A stretch of DNA of 64,000 bases from NCBI RefSeq assembly GCF_009834535.1, contig NC_045696.1, positions 61,196,001 through 61,260,000 of the forward strand, read 5' to 3'. Made by a program: the position numbers and the translations under genes. The stretch is from Camelus ferus. Lineage: Eukaryota. Below, piece by piece: positions 53,691 to 64,000 of this stretch. Numbering within the stretch: the first letter of the stretch is position 1; every line of letters starts with the position of its first letter. The notes beneath the pieces are model-generated. The model worked only from the letters and a program-made list of their open reading frames with translations, did no database searches and was not told where the DNA came from.

Positions 53691-56600
53691 ATTCCCTTGA
53701 TTTCTTTTTCCTATATTTCATTGTTAGCATATAGAAGTGCAACAGATTTCTGTATATTAATTTTGTATCCTGCAACTTTACCAAGTTCATTGATGAGCTC
53801 TAGTAGTTTTCTGGTGGCATCTTTAGGATTTTCTGTGTATAACATGTCATCTGCAAACAGTGACAGTCTTACTTCTTCCTTTCCAAATTGGATTCCTTTT
53901 ATATCTTTTTCTTCTCTGATTGCTATGGCTAGGACTTCCAAAACTATATTGAATAAAAGTGGCGAGAATGGGCATCCTTGTCTTGTTCCTGATCTTAGAA
54001 TGCTTTCAGTTTTTCACTGTTCAGTATGATGTTAGCTGTGGGTTTGTCGTATATGGCCCTAATTATGTTGAGCTATGTTCCCTCTGTGCCCACTTTCTGG
54101 AGAGTTTTTATCATAAATGGTTTTTGAAGTTTTTCAAAAGCTTTTTCTGCATCTATTGAGATGATCGTACAGTTTTTATTCAATTTGTTAATGTGGTCTA
54201 TCACATTGATAAATTTGCGGATATTCAAAGATCCTTGTGTCCCTGAGATAAATCCTATTTAGGCATAGTGTATGATCCTTTTAATGTATTGTTGGATTCT
54301 TTTTGCTAGTATTTTGTTGAGGATTTTTGCATCTATGTTCATCAGTGATAATGGCTTGTAATTTTCTTTTTGTGATATCTTTGTCTGGTTTTCGTATCAG
54401 GGTGATCCTGCCTCATAGAATGAGTTTGGAAGTGTTCCTTCTTCTGCAATTTTTTGGAATAGTTTCAGAAGGATAGGTGTTTAATTCTTCTCTGTTTGGT
54501 AGTATTCACTTGTGAAGCCATCTGGCCCTGGGCTTTTGTTTGTTAGGAGTTTTTAAATTACTGATTCAATTTCAGTACTTGAAGATCGTACCTTTCTAAG
54601 AATTTGCCCATTTCTTCCAGGTGGTTCATTTTACTGGTATATAGTCACTCAACTATTGTTGGCTCACCAGTGGGTGGAGTCAGGATCTCAAAGACTCTAG
54701 AGCTGTTGCCCACCCCCTGGCTGGTGAAGCCAGATCCTGGGGTTAGTGCCAGACTACTGGCAGGCAGAGCTGGTTCCTGGAGTCTCACTGCAGAGCCCAG
54801 GGATCCCTGAGCTTGTTTCAGATTGTTGGGTGGAAGGGAGGGGGGTTTCCTGACACATTTGGGTATGGAGCCCAGGGTGTCTCACAGGTTGCATTGGCCT
54901 GCCAGCTGGTCCCAGGGTAGAGTCTGGCCTGCTATTTGTTGGTGGACTCAGTCCGCAGGCTGCAGGATCATAATTTTCTTGCTTCTGGTGTCTGCTCCCT
55001 CTTGAGTGAGCCTGGTCTAGAGGTTAGTACAGGCTTCCTGGCAGGAAAGGCTAGTGCCTCTCCACTGGTGGTGGAGCTGGGTCTTGGCCCTCTGGTGGTC
55101 TGGGCTGTGTCTAGGGGTGTGTCTAGAGGTGGCTGTGGATACAGGAAGTCTTTAGGCAGCCCGTCTGCTGATGGGTGGGGCTGTGTCCCCTCTTAGTTAG
55201 TTGTTTGGCCTGAGATGTCCCAGCATATGGGCTGTTGGGTGGGACCAGGTCTTGGTACTAATGAGCCAAGATGACTGCTGCTGGCAGCAACAGTGTTCAT
55301 GCAGCTGAAAACTCCCCAACATGTCCAGTACCAGTGTCTACATCCCCAGGGTGAGCCACAGCCACCCCATACCTCCCCAGGAGACTCTCCAAGACCAGCA
55401 GGTAGGGCTGGTCCAGGCTCCTGTTAAATCCGTTTTTGCCCTGTGTCTTGGTGTGTGTGAGATTTTGTGTGTGCCTTTTAAGAGTGGAGTCTCTGTTTCC
55501 CCCAGTCCGGGGGCTCCTGCAATTCAGCCCTGTTGGCCTTCAAAGCCAAGTCCTCTGTCTGGGTTCGTCTTCCCAATGCTGGAACCCCAGGCTGTGGAGC
55601 CTGGCATGGGACTCAGAACTCTCACTCCTGTGGGAGATCCTCTGCAGTATAATTATTCTCCAGTTTGTGGGTAACCCACCAAGGGGATCTGGGATGATTA
55701 TATCATGATTCTACCCCTCCTACCCATCTCATTGTGGTCCCTTCCTTATGTGTTTAGTTGTAGAAGATCTTTTCTGGTAGGTTCCAGTCTTTTTCATCAA
55801 TGCTTGTTTTGTAGATTGTTGTGATTTTTGCTGTGCTTATGAGAGGAGGTGAGCTTTCTACTCTGCCATCTTGGCCGCTCTCCTCTTTGTTCTCTTTTCT
55901 TTCTACTCCTCAGACTGGTTAATTTCAATTGTTTTATCTTTAAGTGCACTGATCCTTTCTTCTGTCTGTTCAAACTTGATGTTGAATATGTCTAATGAAT
56001 TCTTCACTTCTGTTATTTCACTTTTAATCTCCAGAATTTGTTTGGTCCTTCTTATAATTTCTGTCTCTTTATTGATATTTTCTTTTGTTCTCCGTAGTTT
56101 TCCTGACTTCCTTTACTTCTTTGCCCATAGCTTCCTTTAGCTCATTAAACATATTTAACACAGTTGATTTAACATCTTTAACTGGTAATTCCAATGTCTG
56201 GGCTTCCTCGGGAATGGTTTCTGTCCAATTCTTTTTTTCCTCCATGATAGGGCTATACCTTCCTGTTTCCATTTCTTGTAACTTTTTAAAATTGAGAAAT
56301 AGACATGTTGAACATTATATTGTCTTAATTCTAAAATCTTATTATTCTACTCCTCAATGATTGGTAAATCTTGCTTGTTGAGGGCTGGAGCCATTGTTTA
56401 TGACTCTTCCAAACTATTTTTGCAAAGTGTATATTCCTTGTGGTGTGTGGTCACTGAAGTTTCTGTTTTATCTCCATACTCAGCCAGTGACCTGACAAAG
56501 ATTTCCTTAAATGTCTGGCTCCCAAAGGGAAATATTGTCTCTAATCTTCTGTAAACCACTTCAGTCCATGGGGTTGAAACAGTGACCAGCCTCTGTGCTG

Positions 56601-57919
56601 GCCCCTCAGTGATCAAAAGCAGTAATCATCAATCAAAACACACAATCCTGATATTTGGAGGACAAGGTACTTGTTGCCCACGCTGGCTCCAGGAAGCTAC
56701 ACCAGGAATGTGGGCCACTGTCTTTCCTCTCTGCTGCCTGCCGCAGAGGATGGTAGCTGGGGAATGGTATCCACTATGTGAAAGACCAACACTGGCTAGA
56801 ATTTACTGAAATTTACCAGCCTCTTCATCAAGCTCTACCTTGGACATTCCAAGTGTTTAACTAGGCTCCAGAGTTTTCAAAATCGTTGCTTTAGACAACT
56901 CAATAGTTGTTTAGGTGGAGAAACGGCTTCCTACCCTGCCGTCTTCTCTGATGTCATTTCATTTGTTTTTACTGTCAGATAATAGTCCATTTTGTTTATC
57001 CATTCATCAGGTAATAAACATTTGGGTTTTCAATTTTTGACTATTATGAATAGTGCTGTTATGAACTCTCACATATACATTTTTATGTGGACTTATGTTT
57101 TCATTTCTCTTGGGCATGAGATTGCTGGGTACAGTGATAGTATTATTAACAATGATTACTGTTATTAATCCTGCATTCCTAGAATAAACCCTACATGGTC
57201 ATAATATATTATCCTTTTATATTGCTAGTATTTTGTTAAAGATTTTTGCATCTACATTCATGACATTGTTCCTGTAATTTTTGTTTTTGTAATGTCTTTG
57301 TCAGGTTTTGGTATGTTGTATTGTGGTTTCCTCCACCTCTATTTTCTGAAAAAGTTTGTGTAAGATTGGTAATATTCCTTCCTTGAATGTTTGATAGACT
57401 TCACCATTGAAACTGAGTCTAGTTCTATGGAAAGTTTTGATAAATTCTATTTATTTGATACAGAGCCATTCAGATGTCCTGATTTTTCATTTATTAATTT
57501 GGTAAATTGAATTTATCAATACATTGTCTACTTCATGTAAGCAGTCTAATTTGTTGGCATATAGTTGTTCATGATATACCTTTATTACTTTCTAATGTCC
57601 ATAGAGTATGTAATGATAACCTTTTCATTCTTGATATTGGTAATTGTGTTGTCTTTTTTTCCCTTGATCTTGATTGGTGTGGCTTGGGGTTTTTCAATTT
57701 TGTTTTTCATTGCAAAGAATCAGATTTTGGCTTTGTTAGTTTTATCTATTGTATGATTTCCATTTCACTGACTTTTGTTCTTTATTATATTTCTTTCTTT
57801 CATTTCATGTGAGCTTAGTTTGCTTTTCTTTCTCTAACTTGTTAAGGTGGAAATTTAGGTCATTGATTTTAGATGTTTTTCTAATGTAAATATTTAAAAC
57901 TGCAAGTTTCCCTCTAAGC

Positions 57920-58111
57920 CACGGCTGTGCAACAGAACTTTCTGCAGTGATGGAAATATTCTCTTTTATACTGTCCAATATAGTAGCCACTAGCCATATG
58001 TAGCTACTGAGCACTTGAAAGGTGACAGTGTGTCTAAGGAATTAAACTTTTTAATTAAATCAATTACATTTAATCACATGTGACCGGTGGCTGCTGTATT
58101 AGGCAATGCAT
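57920..58111. mobile_element. MER3-like hAT element
   Basis: agaactttctgcagtgatggaaat...gtagccactagcca; 8-bp TSD ctctaagc/ctcaaagc. Confidence 0.75.
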
Positions 58112-58816
58112 CTCAAAGCACTGCTTTATCTGTATCCACAAATTTTATGTTGTAATTATCATTAAATTCAAAATATTTTCTAATTTCCCTGTGATTTCAT
58201 CTTTGATACATAAATTAGTTACAAATGTGCTGTTTAATTTCCTCGTGTGTTAGAGGGTTTCTGGTTATCTTGTTACTGACTTCTAATCCCATTGTGAGCA
58301 GAAAATACACCGTCTATAATTTCAGTACTATTCTATTTATTGAGACTTGTTGTACAGCCAACATATGACCTATCTTGAATTTACCATGCATACCTGAAAA
58401 AATATTTTGCAGTTGTTAGATGTAGTGTCCTATAAATGTCAATTAGATTGAGGTGGTTTATAAACTGGTTCTATTTACTGCTAAGTTAAAATCTACTTTG
58501 GCAGAATTATCTGTTTCTCCCCACAATTCTGTAACTTTTAATTCATGTATTTTAAGGCTATCAGGCAGCCTACATACATAAAATTGTACTATCTTCCCAA
58601 TTAATTATCCCTTTTATCATCATGAAATGTTCCCATTTTTATCTATGGTAATTGTTGTCTTGAAGTCTATTTTATCTGGTGTTTATATAGCCACTCTAGT
58701 CTTATGCTAATTTGCATGTTTCTTTTTTCCCATTTTCTGACTTTCAAGTAATCTGTATCTTTAAAGTGTTTCTTGTAGGCAGCATTTAAATGGGCTTTTT
58801 AAAAGCCCACTGTTAT

Positions 58817-58950
58817 GGGGAGGGTATAGCTCAAGTGGTAGAGCACATTCTTAGCATGCATGAGGTCCTGGGTTTGAACCCCAGTACCTCCTCTAAAAAT
58901 AGACAACAAAACCTAGTCACCTACCCCATGCAAAAACAAACAACAACAAA
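58817..58950 (+). mobile_element. tRNA-derived SINE (Vic-1-like)
   Basis: GGGGAGGGTATAGCTCAAGTGGTAGAG...GGGTTTGAACCCC, A-rich tail. Confidence 0.85.
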
Positions 58951-59739
58951 AAGTTAATTATAAAAAATGTTATTTTTTAAAAATTAAAAAGTAAAAATAA
59001 AAACCTAACATCAGTATCTTAATTAGAATGTTAACACGTCCATAACATACTAATTATACTAATTATTGATACAGTTGGACCTTGGCATACCATTATGTTA
59101 TTGGTTCTTTGTCCCCTCTTCGCCTCACCAACTCTCACCTTTTTTTTTAAGGTCACTGTTCCAAGCTTTACTCTTGTCCACAGTCTGCTTGCCTTTGTTT
59201 ACTTCTTAAAGTCTGCAGGTGGTTCTCTTTTCCTTTCTTCTTTTCTATTTTGCCCAGAGTTTATCATCGTAAGCAGTGGGAGGGATGGGCTACACCAGCC
59301 ACATTGTGATAGTGGAACCAAAACCCTTTTTATGAAAGTTTCACAGCTCTTCCCCCTTCGCACGGACTACTTTGAAAGTATGCACAAGAAATTGGTGACT
59401 GGATATTTTGAGGGAGAAACTGTGAGGACCAAGAGGAAAAACTTACTTTTCAACACAGACCCTTCTGCACTTTGACTGTCAATACGTGAACATTTTTCAA
59501 AAAAGGCACTAACAACTAGTCAAAACAGTCACTTTGGGATGGGTGAAACATTAGGCAGTTTAAAGGACAGATGTAGCAAACTTCAGAGGTTTTAACTCAA
59601 GCACCTAAGAAGGTAAACCCATTGGGAGCTACAAGAAAGATAATGGTATTTGATGTGTTAAAGTCCAAGGGAAGGTATACCTTGCAGATAACCAGATGTC
59701 TCTTCAAATATTTGTTTAGGGCTGCCTCCTGGCCCATCA

Positions 59740-61040
59740 CCTCAAGATGATTCACAGACCTAAATATAAAATGCAAAACCGTAAAACTCCTAGAAGATAA
59801 TGCAGGAGAAAATCTAGATGATGTTGGGTTTGGTGATAGATGAAAGAAAGAATTGATAAGCTGGACTTCATTAAAATGAAAATTTTCTGTTCTACAAAAG
59901 ATACTATCAAGAGAATGAGTAGACAAGCCACAAACTGGGAAAAAATACTTATAAAACATAAATAATAAAGGACTGATAATCAAAATATACAAAGAATTCT
60001 TAAAACTCAATGATAAAAAATAAACAACCTGCTTAAAATACAGGCAAAAGATCTGAACAGACACCTCACCAAAGATACACACTCAGTAAATAAGAGTAGG
60101 AAAAGATGCTCAACATCTTGACATCAGGGAAATACAAATTAAAACGAGATACCACTATGCACCTACTAGAACGACCAAAATCCAAAACACTGACACCACC
60201 AAATGTTGGCAAGGATGTGGAGAAACAGGAACTCATTCATTACTAGTGGGAATGCAAAATGGTACAGCCACTTTGGAGGACAGTTTGACAGTTTCTTAAA
60301 AAAGTAAATATACTCTTCTCAAGTGATCCAACAATTGTACTGCTTGGTATTTAACCAAATGAACTGAAAACTTATGTCCACATAAGTATCTGTACATATG
60401 TTTATAGCAGCTTTATTCATAATCGCCAAAGTCTGGAAGCAACAAAGATGTCCTTTAGTAGGTGAATGGATAATGTCATATCCAGACAATGGAACATTAT
60501 TCAGCGCTGAAAAGAAATGAGCTATCAAGCCATGAAAAGACATGGAGGAAACTTAAATGCATATTGCTAAGTGAAATAAGCCAATCTGAAAAAGCTACTA
60601 ATTGAATGAAATGTATGATTCCAACTACATGGCATTCTGGAAAAGGCAAAACTATGAGACAGTAAAAAGATTAGTGGTTACCAGGGAGGGAAGAGGAAGA
60701 GGCAGAGCACAGAGGATTTTCAGGGAAGTAAAATTATTCTGTATAGTACAATACAGTACTATACAATACATTATTCACCAATAATGGTGAATATGTCATT
60801 ATACCTTTGTCCCAACACATAGAATTACACCACCAAGAGCAACCCTTAATATTAACTATGGTCATTGGATGATAATGATGTGTCAAGGTAGGTTCACTGA
60901 AACAAATGTACTTCTCTGTAGGGGTTTGGGGACAGGAATGTTGATAGTGGGGGAAACTGGGGTGGGGGAAGTATGAAACAGAGTATTTGGGAACTCTGTA
61001 CTTTCTGATCAGTTTTACTGGGAACATAAAACTGCTCTAA
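59740..61040 (+). mobile_element. L1M 3' portion abutting the TFRC poly(A) region
   Basis: aaaactcctagaagataa, ggtacagccactttgg, taaaactgctctaaaa L1 3' motifs. Confidence 0.85.
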
Positions 61041-61084
61041 AAGACTAAAATCTATTTAAAAAGGACAACTCAGTGTTCAAGCAT

Positions 61085-61090
61085 TTTATT
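61085..61090 (-). terminator. TFRC: TFRC distal polyadenylation signal AATAAA (another at 61301-61306)
   Basis: tttatt on plus strand at the boundary between unique UTR sequence and an L1. Confidence 0.75.
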
Positions 61091-62351
61091 AAATCAGATA
61101 ATCTCCACATTGTTGCACATAGCAGCTTGTATACAATTATAAGGGCATATCACTCATTTACAAATATACAGCTGAGTGATAAGTTGCCAAGTCTAATAAG
61201 CCATCTTTAGCCAACTAAAATTTCAAGAACATGCAAAGAGGAAACACAGTAAAGGTCATGCAAGTTCTAGAATAGGTGACTCATGACAAAGCTCACTCAT
61301 TTTATTCTTTACCTTCAAAATGCACATGACATCTGAAACCAAAAAAAATTCTGAAGACCAGCAGGTTGTCACCAGTCAGATATATATTTCATTCAGGAAT
61401 ATTAAGCCCCTTGCCACTTACTTGTTTGATTGGAAATAACCTGATCCTTACTACAGAAAGATTTTCCAGAAGAGATTTACTGCTGTAAAATGTATACCCA
61501 TTCATATTCTGCCTTGAAGTCACTGAGCTTTCAGTAAAGTATGATAAAGCATGATGCCCAAACCAGGAGTCCCAGCTATGACCTTTTCACTTACCTACAC
61601 TAAAGTATCAGTTCAAGAGAAACTCTGTGAAGACTAAAACAGACTGAGTAGCGAAATGAATCAGCGAGGCTGTAATAATCTAGATCTATTTTAGTTTACA
61701 TAAGAGACGCTAAGTTTAAGAACCTTAAGAGACCCTATGGGACTTTCTCTTAGGTGACAGTAGTAAACTGCCCCACAATAAAACCTTTGATTATCAGGTT
61801 TATAACAATGGCTGACTAGAAAATAAAGCCCTACCTGATGAAGCCTCAAACTTACTTGTTCACATCTACATATAACTTATAACCACCAAATGCTAACGGT
61901 TAGGGAGACATGATCAAAGATCCTTTTGCAAGCTTTGCCTCCTCACACCCTTCACTCTCCCCTCCCCCCAAACTCCCATAGAAATTTCCCCTGCTTTAAG
62001 CTAAAAGGTCAATTCTGGATTCAAACTTGTATGAATTAAGTTTATAGGAGATAACATGCAAATAAGGGATAAAGTTCAATTCATTTGACAACAGCAAACA
62101 TTATAAATGTATGCTATTATCCCACTAAACAGACGACCTGGGGAAACCACAAATACAACAAAATATTAGGTTTAAAAACAAAGAATGTTGAAGGAAGTAA
62201 TTTTCCAGTGGTTGAAGTTATCCACCAAATATGCTTCATGACCACAAAATTTTCTGCCACTAAAACTAAAAGATAGAGAATTATAGAGAGCTGGGAATAC
62301 ATGTTAGATACTAACGATCTTCAAGCTTTGAAGATGTCATTGCATGAAGAC

Positions 62352-62380
62352 AATTATGGGAAACACTGTTCCCGATAATT
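62352..62380 (-). promoter_or_regulatory. TFRC: Iron-responsive element E
   Basis: AATTAT-C-GGGAA-CAGTGT-TTCCC-ATAATT. Confidence 0.96.
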
Positions 62381-62399
62381 ACGTACACCCTTAGTGTAA

Positions 62400-62426
62400 C
62401 ATATGGAGATCACTGTCTCCGATATA
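62400..62426 (-). promoter_or_regulatory. TFRC: Iron-responsive element D
   Basis: TATAT-C-GGAGA-CAGTGA-TCTCC-ATATG. Confidence 0.95.
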
Positions 62427-62462
62427 GACACTGTGGTAGGCAAAAACTACCTTGTTCTTTAT

Positions 62463-62493
62463 ACATTATGGAAGACACTGCTCCCGATAATGT
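62463..62493 (-). promoter_or_regulatory. TFRC: Iron-responsive element C
   Basis: ACATTAT-C-GGGAG-CAGTGT-CTTCC-ATAATGT (one G-U pair). Confidence 0.96.
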
Positions 62494-62870
62494 GAGTTAG
62501 GTTTGTGACAAAGGTACTGGAAATTTTGCAAAATCGAATTAAAGTTACACCTTAGATAAACTGAGCTGTAAAATTTTGCACATATGAGTACAATCACAGC
62601 CTTTAAGTGACATTAATTTATAACTTGGTCACAATTCATTGCATTTCGGAGAACTGCCTAATCTGGTTGGCTAGATAGACGTCTAACTTGATTAGCAACC
62701 ACTGATTAAATTTAATTCTTCTCTAAGATTTAGCTTTATAAATTTTATTTTGCTTGCAGTTGTTTTCTAACACCCTCAGGTGTTGACCATATATGCAAAA
62801 CTTCCAGTATCTGTTGGGTTTTACTAGCAGATGCTGCTTTTATTTAAAAAAAAACGACAGTATAACTGTC

Positions 62871-62903
62871 ATAATTATGGAAGGCACTGCTTCCGATAAT
62901 TAT
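62871..62903 (-). promoter_or_regulatory. TFRC: Iron-responsive element B
   Basis: ATAATTAT-C-GGAAG-CAGTGC-CTTCC-ATAATTAT. Confidence 0.97.
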
Positions 62904-62925
62904 CTTCTATAAAAAAAAAAACACC

Positions 62926-62954
62926 ATTTATAGTGAACTCTGTCACTGATAAAT
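62926..62954 (-). promoter_or_regulatory. TFRC: Iron-responsive element A (variant loop CAGAGU)
   Basis: ATTTAT-C-AGTGA-CAGAGT-TCACT-ATAAAT. Confidence 0.93.
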
Positions 62955-63793
62955 AAACAATAAATATCTCAGTGCCAAAATGACAGGAAGCTTTTCCAAA
63001 AAATTAACACTTTGGCCAGAATTTGGCAGTGTGTTCTTTAAAGTCTGACAAACTGAGTATGAAATTAAACACCTAAAACTGGTTCTCTTTCAAAATACCT
63101 TGAAAAAACAAAAAACAACAAAAAACTAACAAAGGCTTATGGGACAGGGGACAGAAGAAAAGAAAATATACTAGGTCTTTGGCTTCTGGTATCCTCTTTT
63201 CATTAAGAATCTTAACACATTAAGGCCTTACTCCTGTAATAAACAGTTGAACCTCATTTTACACAGTTGAAGGACCTCTATTTCACACATCACTGGCAGG
63301 AAAACAAGTTTCATCTCTTCTGAAACTGAATGTTTCACTCAGGGATGTGGAAACCAGCTAAATCCTTAAAGGAGACAGATCTCACTTGGAGTAAAGCCTT
63401 ACAACCCAGAATCTCCTAATTAGCATCAAATGAAAATGGAGGATCACACTAAGCTACCACTTTTCACCTTCAGCAGATGTCACCTTCCTCCTCCAATTCA
63501 AACAGATACCAGTTCACATCCTTAGGATTTAGAGCAATAGTTCATGTAACTGGTTCCGACTTTTTCATAACTATAACAGGAAAGATTTTAAGTGGTTATT
63601 CAGTTTAACTTGAAGTGCAGGTACCTATCCTGTATTAAAAGTTGCTGCCTAAAGACATCTAGTAGTACCAAGATGATCATGTAGAATTTTAACAACATTG
63701 GGTTTTGTAGCCCTACTGAAAATTTAGCACAACCAGCACAAGTCTACAAACAACATTACCCTGATGTTCTTAGATAAGTTATGGGTATCACAT

Positions 63794-64000
63794 TTAAAGA
63801 TCATTGTCAATGTCCCAAATGTCACCAGAGAGGGCATTTGCAGCTCCCTGAATAGTCCAAGTTGCTAGAGCCAACTGGTTTTTCAACAGTGTTTGATTAA
63901 AAGCACTGTTATTTTTCCGACGCAGCTTCAAGTGTTCTAGTAAAGCTGATGCAGTGTGAAAGCCAAAACCCCAAAAGATATGTCGGAAAGGAGACTCTCT
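63794..64000 (-). CDS. TFRC: TFRC last coding exon, partial ([68 protein letters not shown])
   Basis: Manual translation matches the TfR1 C-terminal helical domain ([20 protein letters not shown]); TAA 63796-63794; followed by five IREs. Confidence 0.97.
   Translation of the reverse strand, partial: RESPFRHIFWGFGFHTASALLEHLKLRRKNNSAFNQTLLKNQLALATWTIQGAANALSGDIWDIDNDL

Larger units (their letters stand above)
51345..55876 (-). mobile_element. Large L1, internally deleted and frameshifted (ORF2 RT remnant plus 5'UTR)
   Basis: ORF fragments [56 protein letters not shown]; 5' end gccatcttggc. Confidence 0.92.
55880..59090 (-). mobile_element. Old L1M fragments (ORF1/ORF2 remnants)
   Basis: ETIPEEAQTLELP...KSTVLNMFNELKE (ORF1-like); KINDLNFHLNKLEKEKQTK (ORF2-like). 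Confidence 0.75.
61065..63793 (-). other. TFRC: TFRC 3'UTR (~2.7 kb)
   Basis: Runs from the stop codon to just past the distal AATAAA; contains five IREs. Confidence 0.9.

Noticed and set aside
51947..54159. Reverse-transcriptase-like ORF fragments as an active element or novel RT system
   Set aside because: Ordinary L1 ORF2 remnants with frameshifts, stops and an LTR insertion.
62352..62954. Spaced palindromic repeats superficially like a CRISPR array
   Set aside because: Eukaryotic 3'UTR, irregular spacing, no cas genes; these are IREs.

Overview
Mammalian genomic DNA, most likely camelid (inferred from tRNA-derived Vic-1-like SINEs and camelid-type L1 3' ends). The window holds the complete TNK2 (ACK1 non-receptor tyrosine kinase) gene on the minus strand, from a CpG-island promoter near 46.5 kb to an AATAAA at 4258-4263. 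Its exons join with GT-AG boundaries into an intact 1037-aa ORF, or 1054 aa with a 45-nt cassette exon and an alternative acceptor. Two further alternative first exons add N-terminal extensions. The right end holds the last coding exon and whole ~2.7-kb 3'UTR of TFRC (transferrin receptor 1, minus strand), with all five iron-responsive elements and accessory stem-loops. The rest is mostly L1, L2, MIR, SINE, hAT and solo-LTR repeats, plus a strong CTCF motif between the genes. Most ORFs in the supplied track are spurious GC-rich or repeat-derived frames. I found no clearly new multi-gene system. The best novel leads are: a frame-preserving VQE-repeat non-AUG ORF in TNK2 exon 1; a presequence-like alternative ACK1 N-terminus; unusual TfR1 C-terminal substitutions; and two competing long-range helices in the TFRC IRE region. 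Comparisons with human or mouse come from memory, not a database search.
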